From positions 186,569 to 250,568 of the IMG/VR virus record IMGVR_UViG_3300026549_000001: a DNA stretch of 64,000 nucleotides, one strand, 5' to 3'. The position numbers were made by a program, and so were the translations under genes. The DNA comes from a virus. Lineage: Duplodnaviria; Heunggongvirae; Uroviricota; Caudoviricetes. Of the stretch, positions 9,454 through 18,811 are shown one piece after another (within the stretch, counting starts at the first letter, position 1; each line of letters starts with the position of its first letter). The notes beneath the pieces are model-generated. The model had not been told where the DNA came from and made no database searches. It was given only the letters and a program-made list of their open reading frames with translations.

Positions 9454-10896
9454 TTAAACAAAAACCAACCCTGCATTTTGTTTTAGTAATTTACATTTAC
9501 TATATAATGCTTTTACTCCATCTTCAAATATTAAATATTGTGGGTTTCCTTTATATATGCCTTGTGAGCCTTTTAGTGTTCTCACTTTATTATTTACAAA
9601 CCATTTACTGCCAGGTAATATTCTATCTATTCTCTTTTTTATTGGTAAATGGTCTTTTACCTTTAAATTGTCTGCTCTCCCACCTTGTAGTATATATTCA
9701 TCCAAACTCAAAGAATTTTGTTCAAAAGCCCTATGACGGTTGGTTGCTACTACTTTTCCATCTAAATAATATTTCCTATGACAATTTTCTTGATGCACTA
9801 CTTGTCTGTCGTGCCGCCTATATTGTTTTATCTTATATATCTTTTTTGGTAACACAACTTTATCAATATTTAATTGAGAGAAAGCAATACAATAAGCATC
9901 TATATAGTGGTCTTTTTCTATTCCATATTTTTTGCGAATTGAAGAAGTCATATATCCATCAGTTAAATGTAATCTATAATCCTTTTGAAGATGCTTTACA
10001 AGAAAAGGAATAATTTGATTTAGAACGCTTAATGCTCTAAATTTTTTATATCTACCCTGTACTATATTTTGTACTTTGTCTTTCCAAGATGGAGAAGTAT
10101 GGATTAAAGAATGATGATATTCACAAAGACCAACTATATTAGAAACTGTATCACTTCCCTGTTTATGCTTTGGGATTATATGGTGATGGTGTTCTATTTT
10201 CTCTTTGCAAAATATACACTTTCCTTCTTGTGTTTTGTAGACTCTATCTTCTAAACTGCCATATCCTTTTAACAGATTTTTTGAAGAAATAACATCAAGT
10301 TCATTAAACCAAAAGGAATTAAGTTCTAAAACAATATCTGTTATTGGTAAAAATTTCCTTATCTTATTTATTAAATTTTGATGTGTTAAAAGTAATTGAT
10401 TCACAGTAGGAGTGAGCCATCCATCTTTCCTTTTACGGTTGCTATATCTTGATTCTTTATTTTTTATATACTTCAATGTAATTGGTGTTTCACATTGAGG
10501 TAATTTCCTTTGAAACTGCTCTGATTTTATTGTTCCATTTGTTTTTGCCCTTCTCTGTTTCTTTTTGCGCCTTGTTGTTTGTCTGTGCTTGCTTCTAAAT
10601 ACTTTTCTTTGAAACATCAATTGGGGAATATCTTTATTTCTTGTTTCAACAGAAGCACTAAATACAGGAATTGCCTTTTCAGTAATAACAGAAATACCTA
10701 TATTAGTTCTACCAGAGTCTACTCCAAGATATAGTTTTTGTACTTTATTAAGTTTTTCTTCTAATAATTGAATAGTAAATGGATTAGTATTATATACTTT
10801 TGCTTTATTATTTTGTAGAAGCCATCTCACATGACCACATCTGTTTGTAGGCATTAATGGCTCTCCATCTTTATTTATTACATATACATATATCAT
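9454..10896 (-). CDS. iscB: IscB RNA-guided nuclease (OMEGA system; IS200/605-family cargo, Cas9 ancestor)
   Basis: N-terminal PLMP motif (GEPLMPTNRCGHVRWLL); RuvC-I LGVDSGRTNIGISV; Arg-rich bridge helix RKVFRSKHRQTTRRKKKQRRAK; RuvC-II ITDIVLELNSF; zinc-finger HNH CIFCKEKIEHHHHIIPKH...SNIVGLCEYHHSLIH; RuvC-III EKDHYIDAYCIAF; 480 aa; all catalytic residues present. Confidence 0.85.
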   Translation of the reverse strand: MIYVYVINKDGEPLMPTNRCGHVRWLLQNNKAKVYNTNPFTIQLLEEKLNKVQKLYLGVDSGRTNIGISVITEKAIPVFSASVETRNKDIPQLMFQRKVFRSKHRQTTRRKKKQRRAKTNGTIKSEQFQRKLPQCETPITLKYIKNKESRYSNRKRKDGWLTPTVNQLLLTHQNLINKIRKFLPITDIVLELNSFWFNELDVISSKNLLKGYGSLEDRVYKTQEGKCIFCKEKIEHHHHIIPKHKQGSDTVSNIVGLCEYHHSLIHTSPSWKDKVQNIVQGRYKKFRALSVLNQIIPFLVKHLQKDYRLHLTDGYMTSSIRKKYGIEKDHYIDAYCIAFSQLNIDKVVLPKKIYKIKQYRRHDRQVVHQENCHRKYYLDGKVVATNRHRAFEQNSLSLDEYILQGGRADNLKVKDHLPIKKRIDRILPGSKWFVNNKVRTLKGSQGIYKGNPQYLIFEDGVKALYSKCKLLKQNAGLVFV

Positions 10897-11170
10897 ATTA
10901 TTATAAGTCGCTTCATAGAAAATGAAGGTAAATGTCTCCCCTGACTGCTTATAGGCTTTGCAGAGTTATAAACTGGGAAAATTCATAAGTGCCATCTATT
11001 TTAAGAACGCCTATAAACGATGTCTGTAACCTACCCGCAGTAATATATCAAAAAGTTGTATGTACCGCAAGTAGGATTTTATTAGTAATAGCACGAGCGG
11101 CTTTTTGTTTATCAACAGTATCAGAAGAATGTGCCTTTTCTTGTGTAGAGGGAATAAGTAAAGTATATTC
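10897..11170 (-). ncRNA. putative omegaRNA scaffold upstream of iscB (extent uncertain)
   Basis: non-HEG-like GC-richer sequence immediately 5' of iscB; IscB omegaRNAs are known to lie 5' of the ORF; the 3' boundary (left end) is inferred from where homology of the flanking HEG fragment to its paralog ends. Confidence 0.3.
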
Positions 11171-11563
11171 TACTCCATATCTATCTAATGCAGTTTGTTT
11201 TCGACTTACTTTTTGTTGAGCAATTATTTCGGGGGTATGCGTTTTTTCTACCACATCTGCTCTTTGAAAAACATTAGTTACACCATACTTTTGTAAACAA
11301 GTTTGTTTTCGTTTTTCGGCAGTTCCAATAGACATACAGCTATTAGAACAATATGTATAATATCCTTCTGATAAAGAATTAAAGTTGGTAGGATTGCCAC
11401 ATACTTTACAATAACCCTTACCATAAAACTTCTCATAATACTTTTGTGCCGTTATGCTGTGGATTTGTCGTATATGTGAGGCTAATCCCATCAAATTGCT
11501 AAATGATTTACCACATATCTTACATGAGCAATCTATCAATTTCGTTTCCTTTACCTTCGTCAT
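11048..11563 (-). pseudogene. N-terminal fragment of the disrupted homing-endonuclease-like gene (C2H2-like Zn finger + YGV(x)N repeats); C-terminal ~40 aa probably read-through into inserted element
   Basis: aligns with residues 1-130 of the 293-aa paralog (CxxCGK...H...H; KYGVTNVFQ; RYGVEY); lacks the paralog's C-terminal nuclease-like domain. Confidence 0.55.
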
Positions 11564-12803
11564 AAAGTTTCTGCATAGTGTATTGTAAATCTTCGGGAAT
11601 ACAGTTTCTTATACTACCATTAGAACCCTCTATATAGTTTACACTTGGTAATAGAGATTTTGCTTCCATACAAGCGGCTTTTGTATACAATGCGATTGCC
11701 GCCAAGCAGTCGCCGTCATAATCTCCCCCTAATCCGCAGGTAATGATTGGGTTCAACTGCATAACATACTTATCTTCTTCCTTATCAGAAAAGACAGGTA
11801 TCATTCCTAAAATAGATAAAGCACCAATTGTAGGCTGTCTATTTATAAGAATATAATATTCATTATCTCTCAAATATTTATTAAGTGCAGTAATATCAGT
11901 AATACCGTTAGTATTAGTGAATTTGTCAAATAATTTGGGATAAAGAGTTTTAATGAAATATTTACCCAAAAGAGCAACATCTTCTGAAATATCAAAGTTA
12001 TTCGTAATTACAGCCCTTATACAGCCTGTAACTCCTTGCCCAATAATTTCACGGGCAAGAATAGATTTTTTGCCTTTCACAAGCATATCAAACAAGCCGT
12101 CATATACTTCGTGAATTTTAGCAAGGATAATTCTTTTGGCATCTAATTCATGAAATACATCTACAACAGTTTCTTGTGTATTTAAGATATTCTGAATAGC
12201 TTTCTTTTGTTTCAGAATATCCACAAAGATAGTGTTTAAATTCCCAAGAAAATATGAACCTCTTTGAATAGTAATCTTCCTTAACGATGTATGTGGGATG
12301 GATAATTTATCATGCACCTGTGCATTATACCATTCTTCTGTACCGCCTAAATAAAAGATAGCATCTTTACCAATAAGAACCTTATCTTTATCAAAGTCAG
12401 TTAAGTTAAGAGTAGTTAGATTAAATTCCACATATTCACCATCATAAAGAAATCCCCTATAATTTAGAATATCATCAACTAATTGATAGTCGGCAAAATC
12501 AGGTATATCTATTTGAAGATAGGGAATATCTAACATACCTTTAAAGGATATATAGAAATTCGGAACTCTGCGTTTATTTAATACTCTTGTTCCACAGTAT
12601 TGACAAATTCCTGGTTTAGTTCTCGCACCACAGGAACACTTACCGAACTTACCAAAAATCTTTGTAGAGAATATACCCTTATCATTAAATAAAAGATTAC
12701 CGTCTTTATCTTTAATTTTATGAGGTTGAAAAACAGAATGAGATGTAACTTCATTTATAGGTAGTTCTTTTATTTTCACTCTTTGTATAGTAACTTTGCT
12801 CAT
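11520..12803 (-). CDS. multisubunit RNA polymerase beta' subunit, N-terminal piece (beta'N)
   Basis: Zn-binding [26 protein letters not shown] matches beta' [46 protein letters not shown] matches NRQPTLHRLGIQAF; catalytic [13 protein letters not shown] matches NADFDGDQMAVH. Confidence 0.8.
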   Translation of the reverse strand: [427 protein letters not shown]

Positions 12804-15031
12804 AGAATACCCCCATTACTCTCTATGGAATTAAACCAAGTCATATCTTGTTCATCAAATTCAATATTAGATAGGTCTGATTTAGTTAATGATTTACCAT
12901 TAACTCTTATATCATATCCAATAGATTTCAAGACTGTTGCTAATTTTAATGATAATGAAGGATTATTAGGAAGTTCTCTTGTTTCTTCCATTTCAGCTAC
13001 CATTTTATTAGCCCCAATATGCTTGTGCATACTTCGTATTGATAACTCTTTAAGAATATTTATACTACCAGATGCTACAAGATTGAATTTTTCCATCTCA
13101 CCAAGTTTCAGCACTTTATCAAAAGCACCATCCGCTTTTGATTCAGAAATATGAATGCTTGCGTGATGATATACTCTCATCATTGTAATAATTCCAACAG
13201 GAATAATATTTGTTTCACCATTAAAAGTGATGACTGAATTATTAGCATACTCACGCATTTGGTCGCTATACTTTTCAATCATATTGGCAATAAAATCCTC
13301 ACCATCTTGATATTCAATACCGCTTGCATTAGCCCACGCTTCAAATATCTGTCCTAATGAACCTCTACGCATTGTAGAAAATCCTGAAATAATAACTTCA
13401 AGATGTCCTTCTTCCATATTGCCTACCTTTTTAGTAAGATAAGGCATTTCAGCATCAGGAACAATCTTTCCAACAGTACCTTTTGCTCCATGACGGTTTG
13501 TGATTTTATCTCCAAGTCTGAAAGGAATTTCCCAAGACAGGAATATTCTAACCCCATAATCTTCTACATAATCAAATCTATCTACTTTCACATTTTCATA
13601 ACTGCTCAAAATAGCTTCAGCCGTTGATGGATATATTTTTTGTAAAAGCTCAATAGAAATGTTATCTTTATTCTTCTCTAATTCAGCAACAACTTTATCT
13701 TTGGTTTCAAAATATAGTATATCTTTTGAATAGGTACGAAGTCTATTTGCAAAGGATTCTGAAATGATAATGCTATCACCATAGGTGAATCCTTTAATAT
13801 CTGTAAATCCTACACGAGCATTTATAAGATGAGTTAAAGGGTTAAGTTCTTCTTTAAGGGGAACACTTTGAGAGGTGAGTTTTGCGTTCATCATAATCCT
13901 TTTAGGCTTATCATTATTACCAAAAGGAGCAGATGATAGGCAAGAAAGGCGAACAGGTTGAGGCTCTATCATATACTCAAACATATTCTTTTCAACCCCA
14001 TTTTCCTCAATCCAAAGCATACCATCTTTGACGATTACATTATCAAGAAGTAGTCTTTGTCTACCCGCAGAAGAAGATGTAACGGTTTTGAAAGCATCAA
14101 AAAATCCTATAGTATCTGTATATGTAAAAGCGGGTTTATATTCCCCATTATATATATTAACAACTGTTCTGAAATTTTCCAAAGCATAAATAGGGCTTTC
14201 TGCTCTTATCAAACAGCCATCATTTCTTTCTCCTGTATAGAATACTTTATTTTGACTGGCAAACATTTGATTTATGCCTAATAGAATCTTCTTTGTTGGT
14301 TGAGCATAACGACCGCTCTTAAAGATTATATCTTCAAAATATTCTATACGCGCAAATTTATAATTGAATATAGAGTTGCTTTCAAAGGTGGGTAATAATC
14401 CTAATGCTTGCTTAAAGTTATCAATAGATAGCGGTTCATCTAATACACTTTGTAATAAGGCTCTTGACCTTTTAGAGAGTCTATTATTATATATTTCTTC
14501 TAATGTAGGCTCAAATGGATTTTGTTTTAGAACACAAGTAAACTTATCCTCAAATATATCATAAGTCCACCCCTCACCTTTAATGGTTTGGAAATCTACT
14601 TTACCGAGAAAGGTATAATAATCTCTTACAGCAGTAACCCTCGGAACATACTTTGTTCTGTTGATAATCCAAGTTAAATCTTGACAGGGGGTAGGAATTG
14701 CACAAATCTTAAATTCTTTATCAACATTAGTGCCTTTATATTCTACTGAATATACAGCAGAAACATCTATGCACATATTATAAAAATTAAGAGATAAGCG
14801 ATAGGAGTTCTTGAGTTTCCTATCAAAGTTTTTATCAAGAACTCCACTATTTATACCATTTGCGAGTTGACAAGGCTGTTCAACATTCCAATATTTCAAA
14901 CAGCATTCGTCAAGATGTTTTTGTATATCACTAAAAGGAATAGAATCATCTATTGGTTCTATTCCAAATAGTTTTATATTAGCCTTTTTCCAATAATTCT
15001 GTTCTCTATTGAAAAGTTGAATTTCTTTCAT
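12800..15031 (-). CDS. multisubunit RNA polymerase beta subunit (compact/C-terminal portion)
   Basis: GDKITNRHGAKGTVGKIV matches beta GDKMAGRHGNKGVISKI; PFGNNDKPKRIMMNAKLTSQSVPL matches the HND...NMQRQAVPL region; LGEMEKFNLVASGS matches GEMEVWALEAYGA. Confidence 0.75.
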   Translation of the reverse strand: MKEIQLFNREQNYWKKANIKLFGIEPIDDSIPFSDIQKHLDECCLKYWNVEQPCQLANGINSGVLDKNFDRKLKNSYRLSLNFYNMCIDVSAVYSVEYKGTNVDKEFKICAIPTPCQDLTWIINRTKYVPRVTAVRDYYTFLGKVDFQTIKGEGWTYDIFEDKFTCVLKQNPFEPTLEEIYNNRLSKRSRALLQSVLDEPLSIDNFKQALGLLPTFESNSIFNYKFARIEYFEDIIFKSGRYAQPTKKILLGINQMFASQNKVFYTGERNDGCLIRAESPIYALENFRTVVNIYNGEYKPAFTYTDTIGFFDAFKTVTSSSAGRQRLLLDNVIVKDGMLWIEENGVEKNMFEYMIEPQPVRLSCLSSAPFGNNDKPKRIMMNAKLTSQSVPLKEELNPLTHLINARVGFTDIKGFTYGDSIIISESFANRLRTYSKDILYFETKDKVVAELEKNKDNISIELLQKIYPSTAEAILSSYENVKVDRFDYVEDYGVRIFLSWEIPFRLGDKITNRHGAKGTVGKIVPDAEMPYLTKKVGNMEEGHLEVIISGFSTMRRGSLGQIFEAWANASGIEYQDGEDFIANMIEKYSDQMREYANNSVITFNGETNIIPVGIITMMRVYHHASIHISESKADGAFDKVLKLGEMEKFNLVASGSINILKELSIRSMHKHIGANKMVAEMEETRELPNNPSLSLKLATVLKSIGYDIRVNGKSLTKSDLSNIEFDEQDMTWFNSIESNGGIL

Positions 15032-15040
15032 TCTTGTCTT

Positions 15041-15598
15041 TTATCCTCTATTATTACGGTTATATTCTTCACGCCTTTGTGCGATTTGCTTCATTTGTTT
15101 GCTCACTAAAGTAACCAAATAGGCATTTACAAATGCTTCGGTTGTGATGAAAAACTTACGGCAATCATCCACAGTCATTGCGACTGTCAACTTCAGGTCA
15201 GGCTGTCCGTCAGGCTGAATAAGCCCTGTCTGATTTAGCTTTCCCTTGCCCATAGAAAGAGTAAGAAATACTTTTTCTCCCGACATTCCGAGAGAGATGA
15301 TTCTACTTTCAGGCATACCGTTGTAGTTCTTGCTATTTGCAGTTCCACCCATTGAAAGGGTTTTATTTTGCCCCGCAGATGCAAGTTCTTTAAACATTCT
15401 ACCAGATTTTACATCTTGCGAAATCAGCAGAAAATCATCGAAATCTAAATATGCTTGAACCATTTTACCAGTAGCATATTCCACCGCACGAATACTAACC
15501 TTTTCAATATTAAAGGAATCCATGTGTGTTTCTACTACCACTTTTGAAGTGCTTGCCTTTGCAATTCTGCTCATCTCAAAATCATTGTCTCTTTTCAT
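15041..15598 (-). CDS. hypothetical protein
   Basis: 185-aa ORF upstream of the RNAP genes. Confidence 0.4.
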   Translation of the reverse strand: MKRDNDFEMSRIAKASTSKVVVETHMDSFNIEKVSIRAVEYATGKMVQAYLDFDDFLLISQDVKSGRMFKELASAGQNKTLSMGGTANSKNYNGMPESRIISLGMSGEKVFLTLSMGKGKLNQTGLIQPDGQPDLKLTVAMTVDDCRKFFITTEAFVNAYLVTLVSKQMKQIAQRREEYNRNNRG

Positions 15599-15709
15599 AA
15601 AATGCTCCTATTGAAGTGTTACATACTAACCGTGGTGTTACGGTTATTTCCTATATGTTTCTATGTATATATAAATATTATAGCATATCCTTGAGCGTTT
15701 GTCAAGTAT

Positions 15710-16507
15710 TTATATGCCAAACTTCTTTTTAATTGAATCGAAGTTTATATCAGTAGACTTTTCCTCCTTTATCTGGGCTTTCGCAATTTCGGTAAGCATA
15801 TTCAGATATAAGGTGTCATTCTTTCCTTTTATCCATTCGTGTAATATTTGTCTTAATTCAGAAATATGAATAAGTTTTGTTTGAGAACTATACCATTCAT
15901 CATTTCTTATTATATTAGTTTCATTATCATTTACAATACACACATATCCTTCGACACTTTCAAAAGGAATACCCGCATTGTTTAATACTCTTTTCCATAT
16001 ATGCGTAGATGGGTGTACTTCTAATACTTCTTTTCCCTTATCATCTACAATTATTCCATCTTCTAACATCAATGGTTTTTCAGGTTTTGTTTTTATATTC
16101 TTGGCATCCACAACCATTAAATGCTGTCCATATACCAATAAAATATCGGTGTCTGGAATATAGTCCAAATCATTATTTTCTTGTTCATAAGAAAGACTTG
16201 CAAATACTACAAGCCCTCTTAATTCTGCATCGTGCTTTAACAGTCGAGCAAGATAATCACATATCTTTTTTTCCCCTTCTATACCCGCTTTTGTCTTTGC
16301 TATTTGCTCTTCCAAATTAGCATCTTTCATAGCCCAATCTGCGGGGTTAAAGACTTTGTTATCTCTTTCTTCTTCTAACTTGGCAAGAGTTAGCTTTAAT
16401 CCCAATCCAGGATTTCCAATAACAAATTGTCCGTTAGCAATATGATTTCTAACTCCAATAGCTAATGATTTGTCCTCTTCTCTTATCCCGTCTTTATTTA
16501 ATAACAT
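15710..16507 (-). CDS. putative PD-(D/E)xK (NERD-like) nuclease
   Basis: motif DTDILLVYGQHLMVVDAKN (D...D-x-K pattern). Confidence 0.35.
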   Translation of the reverse strand: MLLNKDGIREEDKSLAIGVRNHIANGQFVIGNPGLGLKLTLAKLEEERDNKVFNPADWAMKDANLEEQIAKTKAGIEGEKKICDYLARLLKHDAELRGLVVFASLSYEQENNDLDYIPDTDILLVYGQHLMVVDAKNIKTKPEKPLMLEDGIIVDDKGKEVLEVHPSTHIWKRVLNNAGIPFESVEGYVCIVNDNETNIIRNDEWYSSQTKLIHISELRQILHEWIKGKNDTLYLNMLTEIAKAQIKEEKSTDINFDSIKKKFGI

Positions 16508-16525
16508 ATTCCCCTCCCATATAAA

Positions 16526-16849
16526 TTAACTATCTCTAAATGTGAGTTTTCCATTACATCTATTACATTTAATGGTTGCAAGAATGCCAAATGGAGAGGG
16601 AGTAAAACTATAAGTATATATAGCATTACAATCCTTATGTGTTTCTAAAAATTTATCTATTTCGTGTTGTTCTGCCGTAGTAATAAGAAAACTTGAACGC
16701 AGTCTATTTTGATAACATTTTAAATCTGCTTCAAGTCTTTTTATTCTATTCCCAAAATATGTTCCTTCTATAAGCTGTTGTTTTTCTTTTTCTAATCTTT
16801 CTACTTTATCTGATAATTCTTTAATCAATCTTTGAGAATCACAACACAT
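16526..16849 (-). CDS. hypothetical protein (coiled-coil N-terminus, Cys-rich C-terminus)
   Basis: 107-aa ORF. Confidence 0.35.
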   Translation of the reverse strand: MCCDSQRLIKELSDKVERLEKEKQQLIEGTYFGNRIKRLEADLKCYQNRLRSSFLITTAEQHEIDKFLETHKDCNAIYTYSFTPSPFGILATIKCNRCNGKLTFRDS

Positions 16850-16861
16850 ATATTTTTCCCC

Positions 16862-17083
16862 TTATTCATCAATTTCACAAACTCTCACTTTTACTATTTC
16901 AAAATCACCACTTATGTCATACCATAAGTTTTTGCTATTACTATTTATAGAATCTTTAGTTCTATTGGCATACAATAATGAATGATATATGAGTGCCTTT
17001 CTTAATTGTATGTCTACTTTATTCATTCCGCAAAAGTAATGTCCTTGCGAGTTTTTCAGTACATATCCAAAATCTTCAGTCAT
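16862..17083 (-). CDS. hypothetical protein
   Basis: 73-aa ORF. Confidence 0.3.
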   Translation of the reverse strand: MTEDFGYVLKNSQGHYFCGMNKVDIQLRKALIYHSLLYANRTKDSINSNSKNLWYDISGDFEIVKVRVCEIDE

Positions 17084-18027
17084 AGTCGCACCTCACACTT
17101 CAAGAATTGTTCTTTGGTCATGTCGTTTATATCTTTGAGACCATTATATGAAGAATAATCAATCTCCATAATAAGTTTATTTTTAACACTCTTTCTTATA
17201 GCATTACGGGCTTTTCTTCCACCTTCATCATTATCGGTTGCAAGAATGAGTGTTCTACATGGTAAGTTGGACAGCATTTCCATTTGTGGGGCAGAACCTA
17301 CACCATTAAGAGCAACAGCATATTTACCCCAACACCATATAACAAGCGCATCCAAAATACTCTCACATATATATACTGCATCAACAGATGTACCGTTTTT
17401 GATTTCTCTTAATAATTCATATTCTCCATATAGCGGTTTCTTTGCTCCATAAGGATAAGAAAAGAATTTAGTATTAACACTTCTTCGGGCAATAAATAAA
17501 ATGCCCCCTTTTTTATCTTTTACAGGGAAAGTAAGACAATCTGTTTGACTATCATATCCTACATCAAATTTTTTAATAATAGGAACAGTTAGCTTTCTTT
17601 CTTTCATATATGGGTGTAAAAATCTGTACTTATCTAACTCCGATTCAGGTACATATTCAACTGATTGTTGTGTTGGTTTATTATTATCAAAAGATATATT
17701 TACTTTGCGTTCTTCTATATTAACAGAAGAAAAGTTTTGTAATAACCATTTCCATCCATCTTCATTTAGACAATGTGTAATAACATCGGGTAAAGTGTGA
17801 CTTTCTCGACAGGTAAAACACATAAACAATCCGTCTTTTTCTCTAATCTGTGCGGAAGGTCTACTCTCTTGTCCGTTTTTATGATATGGACAAGTTATCA
17901 TTATGTGGTCTTTTATGGGACGCACTTTTGATAATAAATTAATGCCCCTCTTGTTTAATTCAACTTGTAATCTTTGAAGTACCTCATCAAGAGAAGCATT
18001 AAATTCTACATTTCTTATTTTCAGCAT
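17080..18027 (-). CDS. DNA primase (DnaG-like; CHC2 zinc finger + TOPRIM)
   Basis: CPYHKNGQESRPSAQIREKDGLFMCFTC zinc finger; TOPRIM motif LILATDNDEGGRKA. Confidence 0.7.
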   Translation of the reverse strand: MLKIRNVEFNASLDEVLQRLQVELNKRGINLLSKVRPIKDHIMITCPYHKNGQESRPSAQIREKDGLFMCFTCRESHTLPDVITHCLNEDGWKWLLQNFSSVNIEERKVNISFDNNKPTQQSVEYVPESELDKYRFLHPYMKERKLTVPIIKKFDVGYDSQTDCLTFPVKDKKGGILFIARRSVNTKFFSYPYGAKKPLYGEYELLREIKNGTSVDAVYICESILDALVIWCWGKYAVALNGVGSAPQMEMLSNLPCRTLILATDNDEGGRKARNAIRKSVKNKLIMEIDYSSYNGLKDINDMTKEQFLKCEVRL

Positions 18028-18031
18028 TGTA

Positions 18032-18364
18032 TTAGCATTCTGTTACCATTGTATATATAGCATCTGCAACCGCTTCACTTGGCGCACTTATAAGAATTTC
18101 ACCTAATTTAAAATCTACGCAGATGTGAACAATAATGTTTCCTATTTCTCCTGAAATAATACATCTGTCCGCAATATAAAGCTCATCAGGTACAGTTATA
18201 TCATAACAATATAACCCATCATATAAGTTTACCTTATATAATTTGCTCATTAGAATAACAGCAGTATCTATATATTTCAATATATGGGTATCTCTCCTAT
18301 ATAGTGGAATATAGCCTTTAATTACTGTTCCATTTGGGTACTGTTTTATTAGTTTCCCTTCCAT
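18032..18364 (-). CDS. hypothetical protein
   Basis: 110-aa ORF. Confidence 0.4.
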   Translation of the reverse strand: MEGKLIKQYPNGTVIKGYIPLYRRDTHILKYIDTAVILMSKLYKVNLYDGLYCYDITVPDELYIADRCIISGEIGNIIVHICVDFKLGEILISAPSEAVADAIYTMVTEC

Positions 18365-18798
18365 ACTACCTCCAAGTCATCTGATAGTCTATGTTCCCAC
18401 TTTTCAAATTCGTCATAAGTGGTATAGTTATCGTTTCCCAATTTAACAAAGCTCTTACCGCCAAACAAAAAGCGCAACAACCTGTTTTCATCACTAAACA
18501 GGTCAGTTAAATCTAACGCATCAGCATGGTCTACATATCCAATATTGTCATCGGAATAACGCTCCCACGAAATATTGTGTTTATCTAAAAAATCAAAAAG
18601 TAATTGTTCCTTGCCTACATCTAAACACGCTTGGTATAGATAATCCATATTACACCAAACTTCCTCATCATTCCAACCAAAGTCGCCACCTCGAAGCACA
18701 ACATGGTAAGGAATAATCAAATGTTTGTCATTTGAGATACAAAGAGCGTGTACGGAACTACTGTTGGTTTCAAACGCGCCACTTCTTATATTAATCAT
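18349..18798 (-). CDS. hypothetical protein
   Basis: 149-aa ORF. Confidence 0.4.
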   Translation of the reverse strand: MINIRSGAFETNSSSVHALCISNDKHLIIPYHVVLRGGDFGWNDEEVWCNMDYLYQACLDVGKEQLLFDFLDKHNISWERYSDDNIGYVDHADALDLTDLFSDENRLLRFLFGGKSFVKLGNDNYTTYDEFEKWEHRLSDDLEVVWKGN

Positions 18799-18811
18799 TA
18801 TTCCCTCCTAT

